Below, one piece after another: positions 26,023-39,397 of a stretch of DNA of 64,000 nt. This DNA is from Haliotis cracherodii (lineage: Eukaryota): positions 29,512,001-29,576,000 of the forward strand of contig NW_027266267.1 in the NCBI RefSeq assembly GCF_022045235.1. The letters run 5' to 3'. Each line of letters starts with the position of its first letter. Positions within the stretch are counted from its first letter, which is position 1. A program made the translations under genes and the position numbers. The notes beneath the pieces were generated by a model. The model ran no database searches. It saw only the letters and a program-made list of their open reading frames with translations, and was not told the DNA's origin.

Positions 26023-28076
26023 GATGTAGTCAAGATAATATGTGGCAAGAACATTTTAGAAGTCAAGTACATTCTTCCACAGGTGATGGTTTGGCAAGAT
26101 GGCCATGTCACAACTTCACCTCAGCAGGGAATACATCTTCCCGAGGCAAGAGAGTTAACTGACTTTAATAGTACAGTTGCCAGCCTTGCCGATCTAGGCT
26201 GGAATTCCTGGGCTCGATTGTAGCGCCACCAGTGGTTATTACGAGTTAATAAGCCTCTCCTATGGACCAATCGGATTCCATCACCATCAATTGTTTCAAA
26301 CAAAATGGCTGTGCCCAGTCAAGATGATCTGATCGATAATCAAGATCTATATTGAGATAAAACGGATCTTACATTGTGAAGTGCACCAAATCATGTGAGC
26401 ACCTTGCTTAAAAACATGAAAAGGTTTGGAAAATATCTCACTACAAGCAATCTCTAGTTTACCATCACTATATATGGCAGGCATCCTCAATGTTGACTTG
26501 TAGCAAGGTGATGAGGTGAGCTGAAGGAATACAGCATCCCTTATCTTCTGTTGGTTGTATCATCACGACAATAAGAAAGTGAAAGTTTTCATCATTGAGT
26601 ATTTGTGTGCCACTGAATTGCACAAAAGGGTGCAGCCTTTACTTGACACACCGACCGCCACACTTACACCAACACAGGTGACAACACAACGACGACTACA
26701 CCTCTACTTCTAAGTGGTCCCCCTACAAGATTGGAATGTTCTAGGAAGATATGGAACTTGAGAAAACTTATTGTCAGTTATCATTAGTCATAGATGTCTA
26801 GTAGAATCAAAAACAGATTATTACCATAAGGCCACACTCTTTTAATTTTATGTTTCACGGAATTATTCCAGCTTTCCACACAAGGTCAGTCCAAAATAAA
26901 ATAAAATAAATGTCATTTATTCATTTATTTCTATGAATGTCATTCTGATGTGGAGTTAAAACTGCAGGTGGCCTCTTAAATCCCTGATAGGGATGTAGAC
27001 ATGGAATTCATATATAACATTTAATATTGCAGAAGAGGGTCTATATTACTAGCGGGAGACATAATGACGATAAACATCTTAATGTTTAATTCATTTCTTA
27101 GACTGGTCAATTTTCAGAAGGGGCGGCAGGCCTGTGAAATGGAAAAATAAAAAATGTGTGGCCAAAAGCATATTTCTGATCTGAATCATAGAAGCCCGAC
27201 TTTTGAAACAGTCCTGATCTGGGCTAACTGTCTGCTCCTCCCCGCCTGGTGCCTGACGGCAGCTGTAGTCCCAGGACTGCCAGATTCCACAGGGTCACTT
27301 CAAGCATGGCAGAGGTCCACAATCACCCAGCACAGAACATCCAACACAGTTGTCAGACCCCGGCCACTGCATGGCTAGCACACTGCACCAGGTAAGCGGG
27401 AGCCAGTCTACCAGCTGGGGACCAGCTCGTCATTGGTGAATGCTTGAATGTGTCATCTATTCACATGCAGCTTTCATCTTCTTGGTTAGTGATTTTCTTG
27501 GGTCCATGGTCAAAATATCAGAAAAGTAAAAGTAGACAAAACATTCTTATTAAGAGCTACCAAAACTTTCAGCATACTCAGGAGAGTGAAGTAAAAAAAG
27601 AAATAAGAGAATAGAGTGCAAAAAAAGGCACAAAAGTTGTATTTCACTTCTAAATTGAGCTACCTTGGGTTTTTCTTCTAACTAGTAAATTTGTTCACTA
27701 ACTCGAATAATATTAACATATATATATTTAAATTGTTAACTTAGGCCAAACTTATGAATTATCGACAATATTGTGAATAATAATAATGTAATCATACCTC
27801 AACACACTAAGCATGCCAAGTGACCTTCAGGGTGACCTTTGAGAATTAAAGCTTCACAGTTCCTCTGAACTTACATCTGATGGCTAGAGAGTTTTACAAT
27901 AGGCTTACAGCCTACAACAAATTTGGTTCATAAACTGTTTAAACATCACTGAGTCATAAACATTGTTAAGGAAATATAGATTGCAACATGTGACCTTGGC
28001 AATCAAGATGACCTTGACCCATCATGACAACCTCAGTGGAGAACTAAAGTGAGTTGGTGATGACCTTGACCTAGTT

Positions 28077-28199
28077 TCAATACGTGTAATATCTATTAGA
28101 TGTTGGGTGTGTGAACAGTATATCCGACTGCTCATTGATAAAGTACACGATGACAAAAGACACCAACATGATCACAACCCCAAGGCTCAAAGTTGTTGT
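28077..28199 (-). CDS. NCSTN: Nicastrin exon 15 (TM helix, cytoplasmic tail, stop)
   Basis: ctgtttcag|TTTLSLGVVIMLVSFVIVYFINEQSDILFTHPTSNRYYTY*. Confidence 0.93.
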   Translation of the reverse strand, partial: TTTLSLGVVIMLVSFVIVYFINEQSDILFTHPTSNRYYTY

Positions 28200-30929
28200 C
28201 TGAAACAGAAAATGTTCAAGCAATAAGAAGTATGTTTACACAGTCTTGCTGGGAAGGACCAGAAAGATGATATGGTTCCAGTACAATCAAGTCACATGGT
28301 CAAGATATGATGATAAGAACAGCGTACTGTTTTGTTCACAATCGTTAACACTGTATGACATTCAACATACACCACACTTTAATATTAATCTCTTAGTATA
28401 TTTTCGTCAGTTAATACAAAACTAAATGAATAATATGTAATAATACTCAGTGCTATCCTATAAATTAATTTCATTTCTTTTCATTGTTATTTCATCAAAG
28501 GTGAAGGTCACCCACATTTTTAAGACGCATCCTATATGATAAAAAAGCAAACATATATTTTCATGATCAAAATGTTCACAGGTTTTAATGTTTAGAAAAA
28601 CACTGATATGCACAAATTCTGAACAAATTAAACACAATAAGAACTCCCTGAAAAAAATGAACCATATGTAATATTGGCAAGAAAGAGTATATTTAGGATT
28701 ATATAAAAGTTTTTTCCGACACACTGCTCTGTAGGCAGAGACAGACACACTGCTCTGTAGGCAGAGAGACAGACGTGACAAAGCCAGCTCGTTTGAAAGG
28801 CATTATAGAGATGGACCTGATGAGGTGAGTGACGAACAGTCAGGTCATAGGTCAGCAATAGTAGGACACACGTTCTAATCTTACAGTTCACAACCCAAAC
28901 AACATGACAAGGTTACTAAAACATAAAGTGTCTAGGTCAATGAGTTCTAAACTGCAAATGTAAGTTGTGTTGTAAGGTTGGCTTAGTTGGAAAAAACTGA
29001 TTCTGTTTCCATTGCAAGATGTTAGACATGTTAACTGTAACACAGAGAAGGCTATGATCTTAGTATGTGTCTGTAGTGGCAGTGGGCAATACCAGAAATC
29101 AGGAACTTAGTGCATCACCAAATTAATGTCAGTAGCCCTTCCCTTGAACCGGAACAACTAATCAGCCATCGCAAACACCTAGAGTGTGAGGCTAAGAATT
29201 CCACAACATTGAATGGGGACAGCAGCTTGTTCTTATCATCATATTTACACAATAACAATAACTACTTCAGGCTGAAGCTACATACTGTCTGATAGTCACA
29301 ATTCTAGCTTTGTCAGCCTTACATCTCATTCATCACCTTTATAAATTGAGTTTGACAGAACATTTCAAGGTAAACTATGCATCAGAACTTATTAACTACA
29401 CACACACGTGGCTTATCAGGTCCAATAATGCTAATCCATAACGTACGCTGAGTACGTAACAAGTAGTCCAAGAGACAACACTATCATGAGGCTGGCAATA
29501 CGTGAAAATGCCCAACTTATCACATGATCTGATATGCATGTTATTTGACAAGATTGGACAAATGTTCTATATAGAAATGTATTTTGTCAATGATCTTCGT
29601 CTGAAAAACATAGAAAACAGTTCCTGCATTTGAAATTTCACTCTTGTGAAATATATATTTTATATTCAGAGGCTATGAATGATATTTCATCACTAAATAC
29701 ATAATGAACAAGAAGTACTCGAATATACCAATAAACAAAATGTAGGCAATAGGACACGTTAACTGGGACACACAGATGATTCCCCCACACCTTGCTCAAA
29801 CTACACCAGCTAGAGCTAGCTAAAATAAATTCTACAGAACTAAATCCATTCCACCGACTATACAAACTGTGCCTGCCTTGCTGCTAAACAACAGACAACT
29901 GTCACAACACAACATCTAAAGCTTCCCAAAGTCTGGAGCAAGTCAGACTGTCAGCGTGAGTTGCATCAGTCTATTATACTCAGCTTGTTCTTCATCAACA
30001 CCAAACAAGGACAATGACTTTGGATATTGTCTTCCATTCTGTGTTAAATGTTCAATAAAATTTGGAAATTATTGACAAAAGAAACATCTTGTCATGGCCT
30101 GCTTGTAACTGATAATCTCATATATATATAATTTTCATCTTAAATTTGTTATGGAAGACGTGATTTATTTTAAAAAATATATCTTATGTCCAGAAAAAAA
30201 GTAGCCCAGTCTGACTGATCCTGATCAGAGAAAAAACCAGCATGCTGTTAGTAAAAGCAAGAACATGTCTGTAGGTGGTCAAATAACATGCAAAAGATTC
30301 ACTCGTGGCCATTACAAGAGTGATATATTTTACACTTCATTTCCACGAGACTACTATCTAAGGGAGACAACTGCCACTCATGGCCGACACCACATACAGA
30401 CTTCAGAATCGTAGAGTGGCTTTGTTGTGGTACATCCTCATTAAGCTGGACTTCCCATATAGGGAATATACAATGACTCCCTTGATACTCATCCCACCCA
30501 ACAAATATACAATCACTATCTACTACCTGTTGCCAACTATTGAAACGTTTAGCCTTTGCGTTTGGGGAGATCCCAAACAAACATATCAATAAAGGGGAAG
30601 ATACACATATCACTACATCAACCATTAGGATGATGCCACGCTGTTGTTGCACCTATTGGTCATTGTGCCAAATTATAGAGAAATAATACACCAACTATAA
30701 CATGGTTTAAGTCGGAGAAATAACTTGAATCTTATGCTTCTGGGAGTAGAATCAACTAGCCACTGTGGGGATCCTTCCTTCTACTTCTGGATACACCAGA
30801 TCAGAGGGACTTCTCCTTCACAGCCTCTGGAGGTGTAGCTAATGGTAAAATAGTCATATTGAAAGTATGTGTGTCATGCAGACCAAGTAACCATGGGATG
30901 ATGGAACACCAATGTTTGCCCTCTGTTAC

Positions 30930-31820
30930 CTGATCTGCCACACAACGTACAGCACACAGCACACAGCACACGGGTTGTCACAGTACCCTACAAGTTCCCT
31001 GATCTACCACACAACGTACAGCACACAGCACACACATTGTCACAGCACACACATTGTCACAGTACCCTACAAGTTCCCTGATGTACCACACAACGTACAG
31101 CACACAGCACACACGTTGTCACAGTACCCTGCAGGTTCCCTGATCTACGACACAACGTACAGCACACAGCACACGCATTGTCACAGTACCCTACAAGTTC
31201 CCTGATCTACCACACAACGTACAGCACACAGCACACAGGTTGTCATAGTACCCTACAAGTTCCCTGATGTACCACACAACGTACAGCACACAGCACACAG
31301 CACACAGGTTGTCATAGTACCCTACAAGTTCCCTGATCTACCACACAACGTACAGCACACAGCACACTGCACACACATTGTCATAGTACTCTACAAGTTC
31401 CCTGATCTGCCACACAACGTACAGCACACAGCACACGCATTGTCACAGTACCCTACAAGTTCCCTGATCTGCCACACAACGTACAGCACACAGCACACGC
31501 ATTGTCACAGTACCCTACAAGTTCCCTGATCTACCACACAACGTACAGCACACAGCACACAGGTTGTCATAGTACCCTACAAGTTCCCTGATGTACCACA
31601 CAACGTACAGCACACAGCACACAGCACACAGGTTGTCATAGTACCCTACAAGTTCCCTGATCTGCCACACAACGTACAGCACACAGCACACTGCACACAC
31701 ATTGTCATAGTACTCTACAAGTTCCCTGATCTGCCACACAACGTACAGCACACAGCACACGCATTGTCACAGTACCCCGCACGTTCCCTGATCTGCCACA
31801 CAACATACAGCACACTGCAC
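30930..31820. repeat. ~62-bp minisatellite (69-bp variants), NCSTN intron 14
   Basis: GTTCCCTGATCTACCACACAACGTACAGCACACAGCACAC...GTACCCTACAA with internal CAGCACA sub-repeats. Confidence 0.96.
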
Positions 31821-31847
31821 ACGAAAGGGTTAATACATGTGCACAGT

Positions 31848-32978
31848 TCCTGGTGTCAAGTATTCAGGTGTCATGACTCCTGGTGTCAAGTATTCAGGTG
31901 TCATGACTCATAGTGTCAAGTATTTAGGTGTCATGACTCCTAGTGACAAGTATTCAGGTGTCATGACTCCTAGTGTCAAGTATTCAGCTGTCATTACTCC
32001 TAGTGTCAAGTATTCAGGTGTCATGACTCCTAGTGTCAGGTATTTAGGTGTCATGACTCCTATTGTCAAGTATTCAGGTGTCATGGCTCCTAGTGTCAAG
32101 TATTCAGGTGTCATGGTTCCTGGTGTCAAGTATTCAGGTGTCATGGCTCTTAGTGTCAAGAATTCAGGTGTCATGGGTCCTGGTGTCAAGTATTCAGGTG
32201 TCATGGGTCCTGGTGTCAAGAATTCAGGTGTCATGGGTCCTGGTGTCAAGTATTCAGGTGTCATGACTCCAAGTGTCAAGTATTTAGGTGTCATGACCCC
32301 TTGTGTCAAGTATTCAGGTGTCATGGCTCCTAGTGTCAAGTATTCAGGTGTCATGGCTCCAGGTGTCATGACTCCAAGTGTCAGGTATTTAGGTGTCATG
32401 ACTCCTAGTGTCAAGTATTTAGGTTCATGACTCCTAGTGTCAAGTATTCAGGCGTCATGACTCCTGGTGTCAAGAATTCAGGTGTCATGGGTCCTGGTGT
32501 CAAGTATTCAGGTGTCATGACTCCTAGTGTCAAGTGTTTAGGTGTCATGACTCCTAGTGTCAAGTATTCAGGTGTCATGGCTCCTGGTGTCAAGTATTCA
32601 GGTGTCATTGTTCCTGGTGTCAAGTATTCAGGTGTCATGACTCCTAGTGTCAAGTATTCAGGTGTCATGACTCCTAGTGTCAAGAATTCAGGTGTCATGG
32701 CTCCTAGTGTCAAGTATTCAGGTGTCATGACTCCTAGTGTCAAGTATTTAGGTGTCATGACTCCTAGTGTCAAGTATTTAGGTGTCATGACTCCTAGTGT
32801 CAAGAATTCAGGTGTCAAGTATTCAGGTGTCATGACTCCTAGTGTCAGGTATTTAGGTGTCATGACTCCTAGTGTCAAGTATTTAGGTGTCATGACTCCT
32901 AGTGTCAAGTATTTAGGTGTCATGGCTCCTGGTGTCAAGTATTCAGGTGTCATGACTCCTGGTGTCAAGTATTCAGGT
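31848..32978. repeat. 30-bp minisatellite, NCSTN intron 14
   Basis: Unit TCCTAGTGTCAAGTATTCAGGTGTCATGAC. Confidence 0.97.
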
Positions 32979-34756
32979 GATGTCACAGAGTAGCTGGGCA
33001 TCTACAGGACTCCTACAGATCACGGTTTAGTTCACTGAGCCTGTGACTATCAAAAGCATCAGCATCATCAGCATCATAAATAAGTAAATATGAAACCTAC
33101 ATCCTCAACAGTGAAAAATAAGAACAATGGTATACTGTTAATTATGTTGCAAGGATGACAATTCAACTTTACATAATAAGGTTTAATTCTTGAAAACATA
33201 CCCCAAACTACTTTGCAGTTATTGAGGAATGGGAATCATTTCCATTGCCTAGTGGTAGAGCGTCTGTTCGGAGAGCAGTGGTTTCATACCAAAAGACATT
33301 ACAAAACACAAACACACACACACGCACGTCGCTATATAAAGTGTAGTAATCTTGGACGCGACAGGAAACCCGATTTCACCTCACCTCATAAGGAATGGGG
33401 AAGAGAATAAGTTTCCAGATGGCAACAGATGCTGAATAATGTGAAAAGACTTGGACAAGACTTCCCAAAATTAAAAAATTAGAAAAGATTTTAAAAAGCT
33501 TTACTGAACTATATTAAGTGAACTACAGTGCAGTACTTGGCAGTTGAAGGTTAAATTGATAAGGAAGCCATGCTGAGAATGTACCCAGTCACCACAAGGT
33601 CTACGGTTCTGGAGACATCATCGCTCGGGCTTACATTATATTCTTTCATCAACTTTGTGGCGTCTGGCTCGAGCCAGTGCTAAATATTACATCTGCGCTC
33701 CCGTTGACAAAATATACTACTATCATTGAGACTAGTAGAATGGCTATCCCAACACAAAGGGTTAAAACCTGAAAGCAAAGTAGTTGTCATGAAAATATTA
33801 TCCCATAAAGTGTTTTTTTAAATATTTCACATGGCATACTGAATATATCTGATATAGCAGCTTCTATTTGAAGAAAATCTTCACCATGCTTGTTAAGGTT
33901 TGGTGAATTGGAAAAGTGCATGATTTCAAATACCAAGTTATTGCCAAAGTCACCCAAAGCAAGTCATGGAATCCAATTTTGATTTTATTGTTGTCATGGA
34001 AACACCACCATATGATGAAATTACTAAAGTGTTTTAAAACTCCCACAGCATGTTATAACGAATTCATTTCCAGGACAAACATGTATTGAATGAAACCTTA
34101 CACATCAAGAGCTGGACACTTTTCTCAACTTATATATGCTACGAGTTAACACAGCACTACAAAACAGCTTAATTCAATATAATGAAAGCAGAATGACACA
34201 AACTGATACTTAGTGGTAGGTATAGGTTACATGGTAACCATGGCAACAGCAAATATACAATGCAGATACCATAGACAAGTTGAAGCTGAGCAGGTGTGTG
34301 AATCTGTTACGATGATACATAAAATCCAATCTTGTGCCCACATAAGATAGTTATGACGATGATGAGTACAAGGAAATTGACAGTATAGATATACGTGATT
34401 AACAAGACCACTAGACAGTTAACAGACATTACATTTATGAGTCTTCCTATATATACATGATTCAAATTCAAATCATAGGTCACCGAGGCTCTAAGTCATC
34501 ATAGTTTCCCATGAAGGATACACATAAAACATTGTGGAAGCTACAGCCACCAGACGTACAGTGAAGACTTCTGATGCATTAACAGCTGCTGTTGTTCTCT
34601 ACAGAAACCAGGAGGGGGTACAGCAAACCCTTCACCTGGGCTCTTCATACACCACACATGCTTTACTCTCTATCCACAGGGATTGTTTCACAAACTGTTC
34701 TAGAAATATTCCTAGTCTTTTCTGAGAAAGCCTACTTTCAAAGATCAGTGTTTTGG

Positions 34757-37700
34757 GAGTTGTCACTGAAGTTAACCACACTACACCATCTTCCCTTTGA
34801 GTTGTCACTGAAGTTAACCACACTACACCTTCTTCCCTTTGTGTTGTCACTGAAGTTAACCACACTACACCTTCTTCCCTTTGTGTTGTCACTGAAGTTA
34901 ACCACACTACACCTTCTTCCCTTTGTGTTGTCACTGAAGTTAACCACACTACACTACACCTTCTTCCCTTTGTGTTGTCACTGAAGTTAACCACACTACA
35001 CCTTCTTCCCTTTGTGTTGTCACTGAAGTTAACCACACTACACCTTCTTCCCTTTGTGTTGTCACTGAAGTTAACCACACTACACCTTCTTCCCTTTGTG
35101 TTGTCACTGAAGTTAACCACACTACACCTTCTTCCCTTTGTGTTGTCACTGAAGTTAACCACACTACACCATCTTCCCTTTGAGTTGTCACTTAAGTTAA
35201 CCACACTACACCATCTTCCCTTTGTGTTGTCACTGAAGTTAACCACACTACACCATCTTCCCTTTGAGTTGTCACTGAAGTAAACCCCACTACACTACAC
35301 CTTCTTCCCATTGTGTTGTCACTGAAGTAAACCACACTACACCATCTTCCCTTTGTGTTGTCACTGAAGTTAACCACACTACACCATCTTCCCTTTGAGT
35401 TGTCACTGAAGTTAACCACACTACACCATCTTCCCTTTGAGTTGTCACTGAAGTAAACCCCACTACACTACACCTTCTTCCCATTGTGTTGTCACTGAAG
35501 TAAACCACACTACACCATCTTCCCTTTGTGTTGTGACTAAAATTAACCCCACTACACTACACCTTCTTCCCATTGTGTTGTCACTGAAGTTGACCCCACT
35601 AAACCATCTTCCCTTTGTGTTGTCACTGAAGTTATCTCCACTACACTACACCATCTTCCCTTTGTGTTGACACTGAAGTTAACCCCACTACACTACACCT
35701 TCTTCCCTTTGTGTTGTCACTGAAGTTAACCACACTACACCTTCTTCCCTTTGTGTTGTCACTGAAGTTAACCACACTACACCTTCTTCCCTTTGTGTTG
35801 TCACTGAAGTTAACCACACTACACTACACCTTCTTCCCTTTGTGTTGTCACTGAAGTTAACCACACTACACCTTCTTCCCTTTGTGTTGTCACTGAAGTT
35901 AACCACACTACACCTTCTTCCCTTTGTGTTGTCACTGAAGTTAACCACACTACACCTTCTTCCCTTTGTGTTGTCACTGAAGTTAACCACACTACACTAC
36001 ACCTTCTTCCCTTTGTGTTGTCACTGAAGTTAACCACACTACACCTTCTTCCCTTTGTGTTGTCACTGAAGTTAACCACACTACACCTTCTTCCCTTTGT
36101 GTTGTCACTGAAGTTAACCACACTACACCTTCTTCCCTTTGTGTTGTCACTGAAGTTAACCACACTACACCATCTTCCCTTTGAGTTTTCACTGAAGTTA
36201 ACCCCACTTCACTACACCTTCTTCCCTTTGTGTTGTCACTGAAGTTAACCACACTACACCTTCTTCCCTTTGTGTTGTCACTGAAGTTAACCACACTACA
36301 CCATCTTCCCTTTGAGTTTTCACTGAAGTTAACCACACTACACCATCTTCCCTTTGTGTTGTCACTGAAGTTAACCACACTACACCATCTTCCCTTTGAG
36401 TTGTCACTGAAGTAAACCCCACTACACTACACCTTCTTCCCATTGTGTTGTCACTGAAGTAAACCACACTACACCATCTTCCCTTTGTGTTGTGACTAAA
36501 ATTAACCCCACTACACTACACCTTCTTCCCTTTGTGTTGTCACTGAAGTTAACCACACTACACCTTCTTCCCTTTGTGTTGTGACTAAAATTAACCCCAC
36601 TACACTACACCTTTTTCCCTTTGTGTTGACACTGAAGTTAACCCCACTACACTACACCTTCTTCCATTTGTGTCGTCACTGAAGTTAACCCCACTACACT
36701 ACACCTTCTTCCCTTTGTGTTGTCACTGAAGTTAACCCCACTACACTACACCTTCTTCCCTTTGTGTCGTCACTGAAGTTATCCTCACTTCATTACACAT
36801 TCTTCCCTTTGCGTCGTCACTGAAGTTATCCCCACTACACTACACATTCTTCCCTTTGTGTTGTCACTGAAGTTATCCCCACTTCACTACACCTTCTTCC
36901 CTTTGTGTTGTCACTGAAGTTATCCCCACTTCACTACACATTCTTCCCTTTGCGTCGTCACTGAAGTTATCCCCACTTCACTACACCTTCTTCCCTTTGT
37001 GTTGTCACTGAAGTTATCCCCACTACACTACACCTTCTTCCCTTTGTGTTGTCACTGAAGTTATCCCCACTACACTACACCTTCTTCCCTTTGTGTTGTC
37101 ACTGAAGTTATCCCCACTTCACTACACATTCTTCCCTTTGCGTCGTCACTGAAGTTATCCCCACTACACTACACATTCTTCCCTTTGTGTTGTCACTGAA
37201 GTTAACCCCACTACACTACACATTCTTCCCTTTGTGTTGTCACTGAAGTTATCCCCACTTCACTACACATTCTTCCCTTTGTGTTGTCACTGAAGTTATC
37301 CCCACTTCACTACACATTCTTCCCTTTGCGTCGTCACTGAAGTTATCCCCACTTCACTACACATTCTTCCCTTTGTGTTGTCACTGAAGTTATCCCCACT
37401 TCACTACACCTTCTTCCCTTTGTGTTGTCACTGAAGTTATCCCCACTTCACTACACATTCTTCCCTTTGTGTTGTCACTGAAGTTATCCCCACTTCACTA
37501 CACCTTCTTCCCTTTGTGTTGTCACTAAAGTTATCCCCACTTCACTACACATTCTTCCCTTTGCGTCGTCACTGAAGTTAACCCCACTACACTACACCTT
37601 CTTCCCTTTGCGTCGTCACTGAAGTTAACCCCACTACACTACACCTTCTTCCCTTTGTGTTGTCACTGAAGTTATCCCCACTTCACTACACCTTCTTCCC

Positions 37701-39068
37701 TTTGTGTTGTCACTGAAGTTAACCCCACTACACTACACATTCTTCCCTTTGTGTTGTCACTGAAGTTATCCCCACTACACTACACATTCTTCCCTTTGTG
37801 TTGTCACTGAAGTTATCCCCACTTCACTACACATTCTTCCCTTTGCGTCGTCACTGAAGTTATCCCCACTACACTACACATTCTTCCCTTTGTGTTGTCA
37901 CTGAAGTTAACCCCACTACACTACACATTCTTCCCTTTGTGTTGTCACTGAAGTTATCCCCACTTCACTACACCTTCTTCCCTTTGTGTTGTCACTGAAG
38001 TTAACCACACTACACCATCTTCCCTTTGTGTTGTCACTGAAGTTAACCACACTACACCTTCTTCCCTTTGTGTTGTCACTGAAGTTAACCCCACTACACT
38101 ACACCTTCTTCCCTTTGTGTTGTCACTGAAGTTAACCCCACTACACTACACCTTCTTCCCTTTGTGTTGTCACTGAAGTTATCCCCACTTCACTACACCT
38201 TCTTCCCTTTGTGTTGTCACTGAAGTTAACCCCACTACACTACACCTTCTTCCCTTTGTGTTGTCACTGAAGTTAACCACACTACACTACACCTTCTTCC
38301 CTTTGTGTTGTCACTGAAGTTAACCACACTACACTACACCTTCTTCCCTTTGTGTTGTCACTGAAGTTAACCCCACTACACTACACCTTCTTCCCTTTGT
38401 GTTGTCACTGAAGTTATCCCCACTTCACTACACATTCTTCCCTTTGCGTCGTCACTGAAGTTATCCCCACTACACTACACATTCTTCCCTTTGTGTTGTC
38501 ACTGAAGTTAACCCCACTACACTACACATTCTTCCCTTTGTGTTGTCACTGAAGTTATCCCCACTTCACTACACCTTCTTCCCTTTGTGTTGTCACTGAA
38601 GTTAACCCCACTTCACTACACCTTCTTCCCTTTGTGTTGTCACTGAAGTTATCCCCACTACACTACACCTTCTTCCCTTTGAGTTGTCACTGAAGTTAAC
38701 CACACTACACCTTCTTCCCTTTGTGTTGTCACTGAAGTTAACCCCACTACACTACACATTCTTCCCTTTGTGTTGTCACTGAAGTTATCCCCACTTCACT
38801 ACACCTTCTTCCCTTTGCGTCGTCACTGAAGTTATCCCCACTTCACTACACATTCTTCCCTTTGTGTTGTCACTGAAGTTATCCCCACTTCACTACACCT
38901 TCTTCCCTTTGCGTCGTCACTGAAGTTAACCCCACTACACTACACCTTCTTCCCTTTGTGTTGTCACTGAAGTTGACCCCACTACACCTTCTTCCCTTTG
39001 TGTTGTCACTGAAGTTAACCACACTACACTACACCTTCTTCCCTTTGAGTTGTCACTGAAGTTAACCC
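34757..39068. repeat. 42/47-bp minisatellite, ~4.3 kb, NCSTN intron 14
   Basis: Unit GTTGTCACTGAAGTTAACCACACTACACCTTCTTCCCTTTGT, with a +5 nt (CTACA) variant. Confidence 0.98.
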
Positions 39069-39251
39069 ACATCATCACTTGCTACAAGGTTGAGGAGAAA
39101 TGCTTTGAAGAAAGCTGATGCAGAAAATGCTGTTAAGTATCAGAGGTCAGAGGTCATACAGAAAAGGAAGAGAAACAAGAAATTAATGTTGCATTGAAAA
39201 CGAGAAATCCAAAATGTATGTAAATGAAAAGACTATGGCTGTTATTCCTAC

Positions 39252-39349
39252 CTGGAACTGTTGACTAGGGACGAGGAATATCCTGACTTTGAGAGGTTCC
39301 CATACACTCTCCGTCCATGTAGAGTATGTGCCTGACAGCCAGTCATAGC
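39252..39349 (-). CDS. NCSTN: Nicastrin exon 14
   Basis: (G)YDWLSGTYSTWTESVWEPLKVRIFLVPSQQFQ|gtagga. Confidence 0.95.
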
Positions 39350-39397
39350 CTGAAACACAGTCATACATATCACTGCCTGCTCCATGGGCCTAGCAAA

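Noticed and set aside
26121-26303. 60-aa ORF and Alu/7SL-like GAGCCCAGGAATTC words
   Set aside because: Match too short, no SRP structure or known protein motif.
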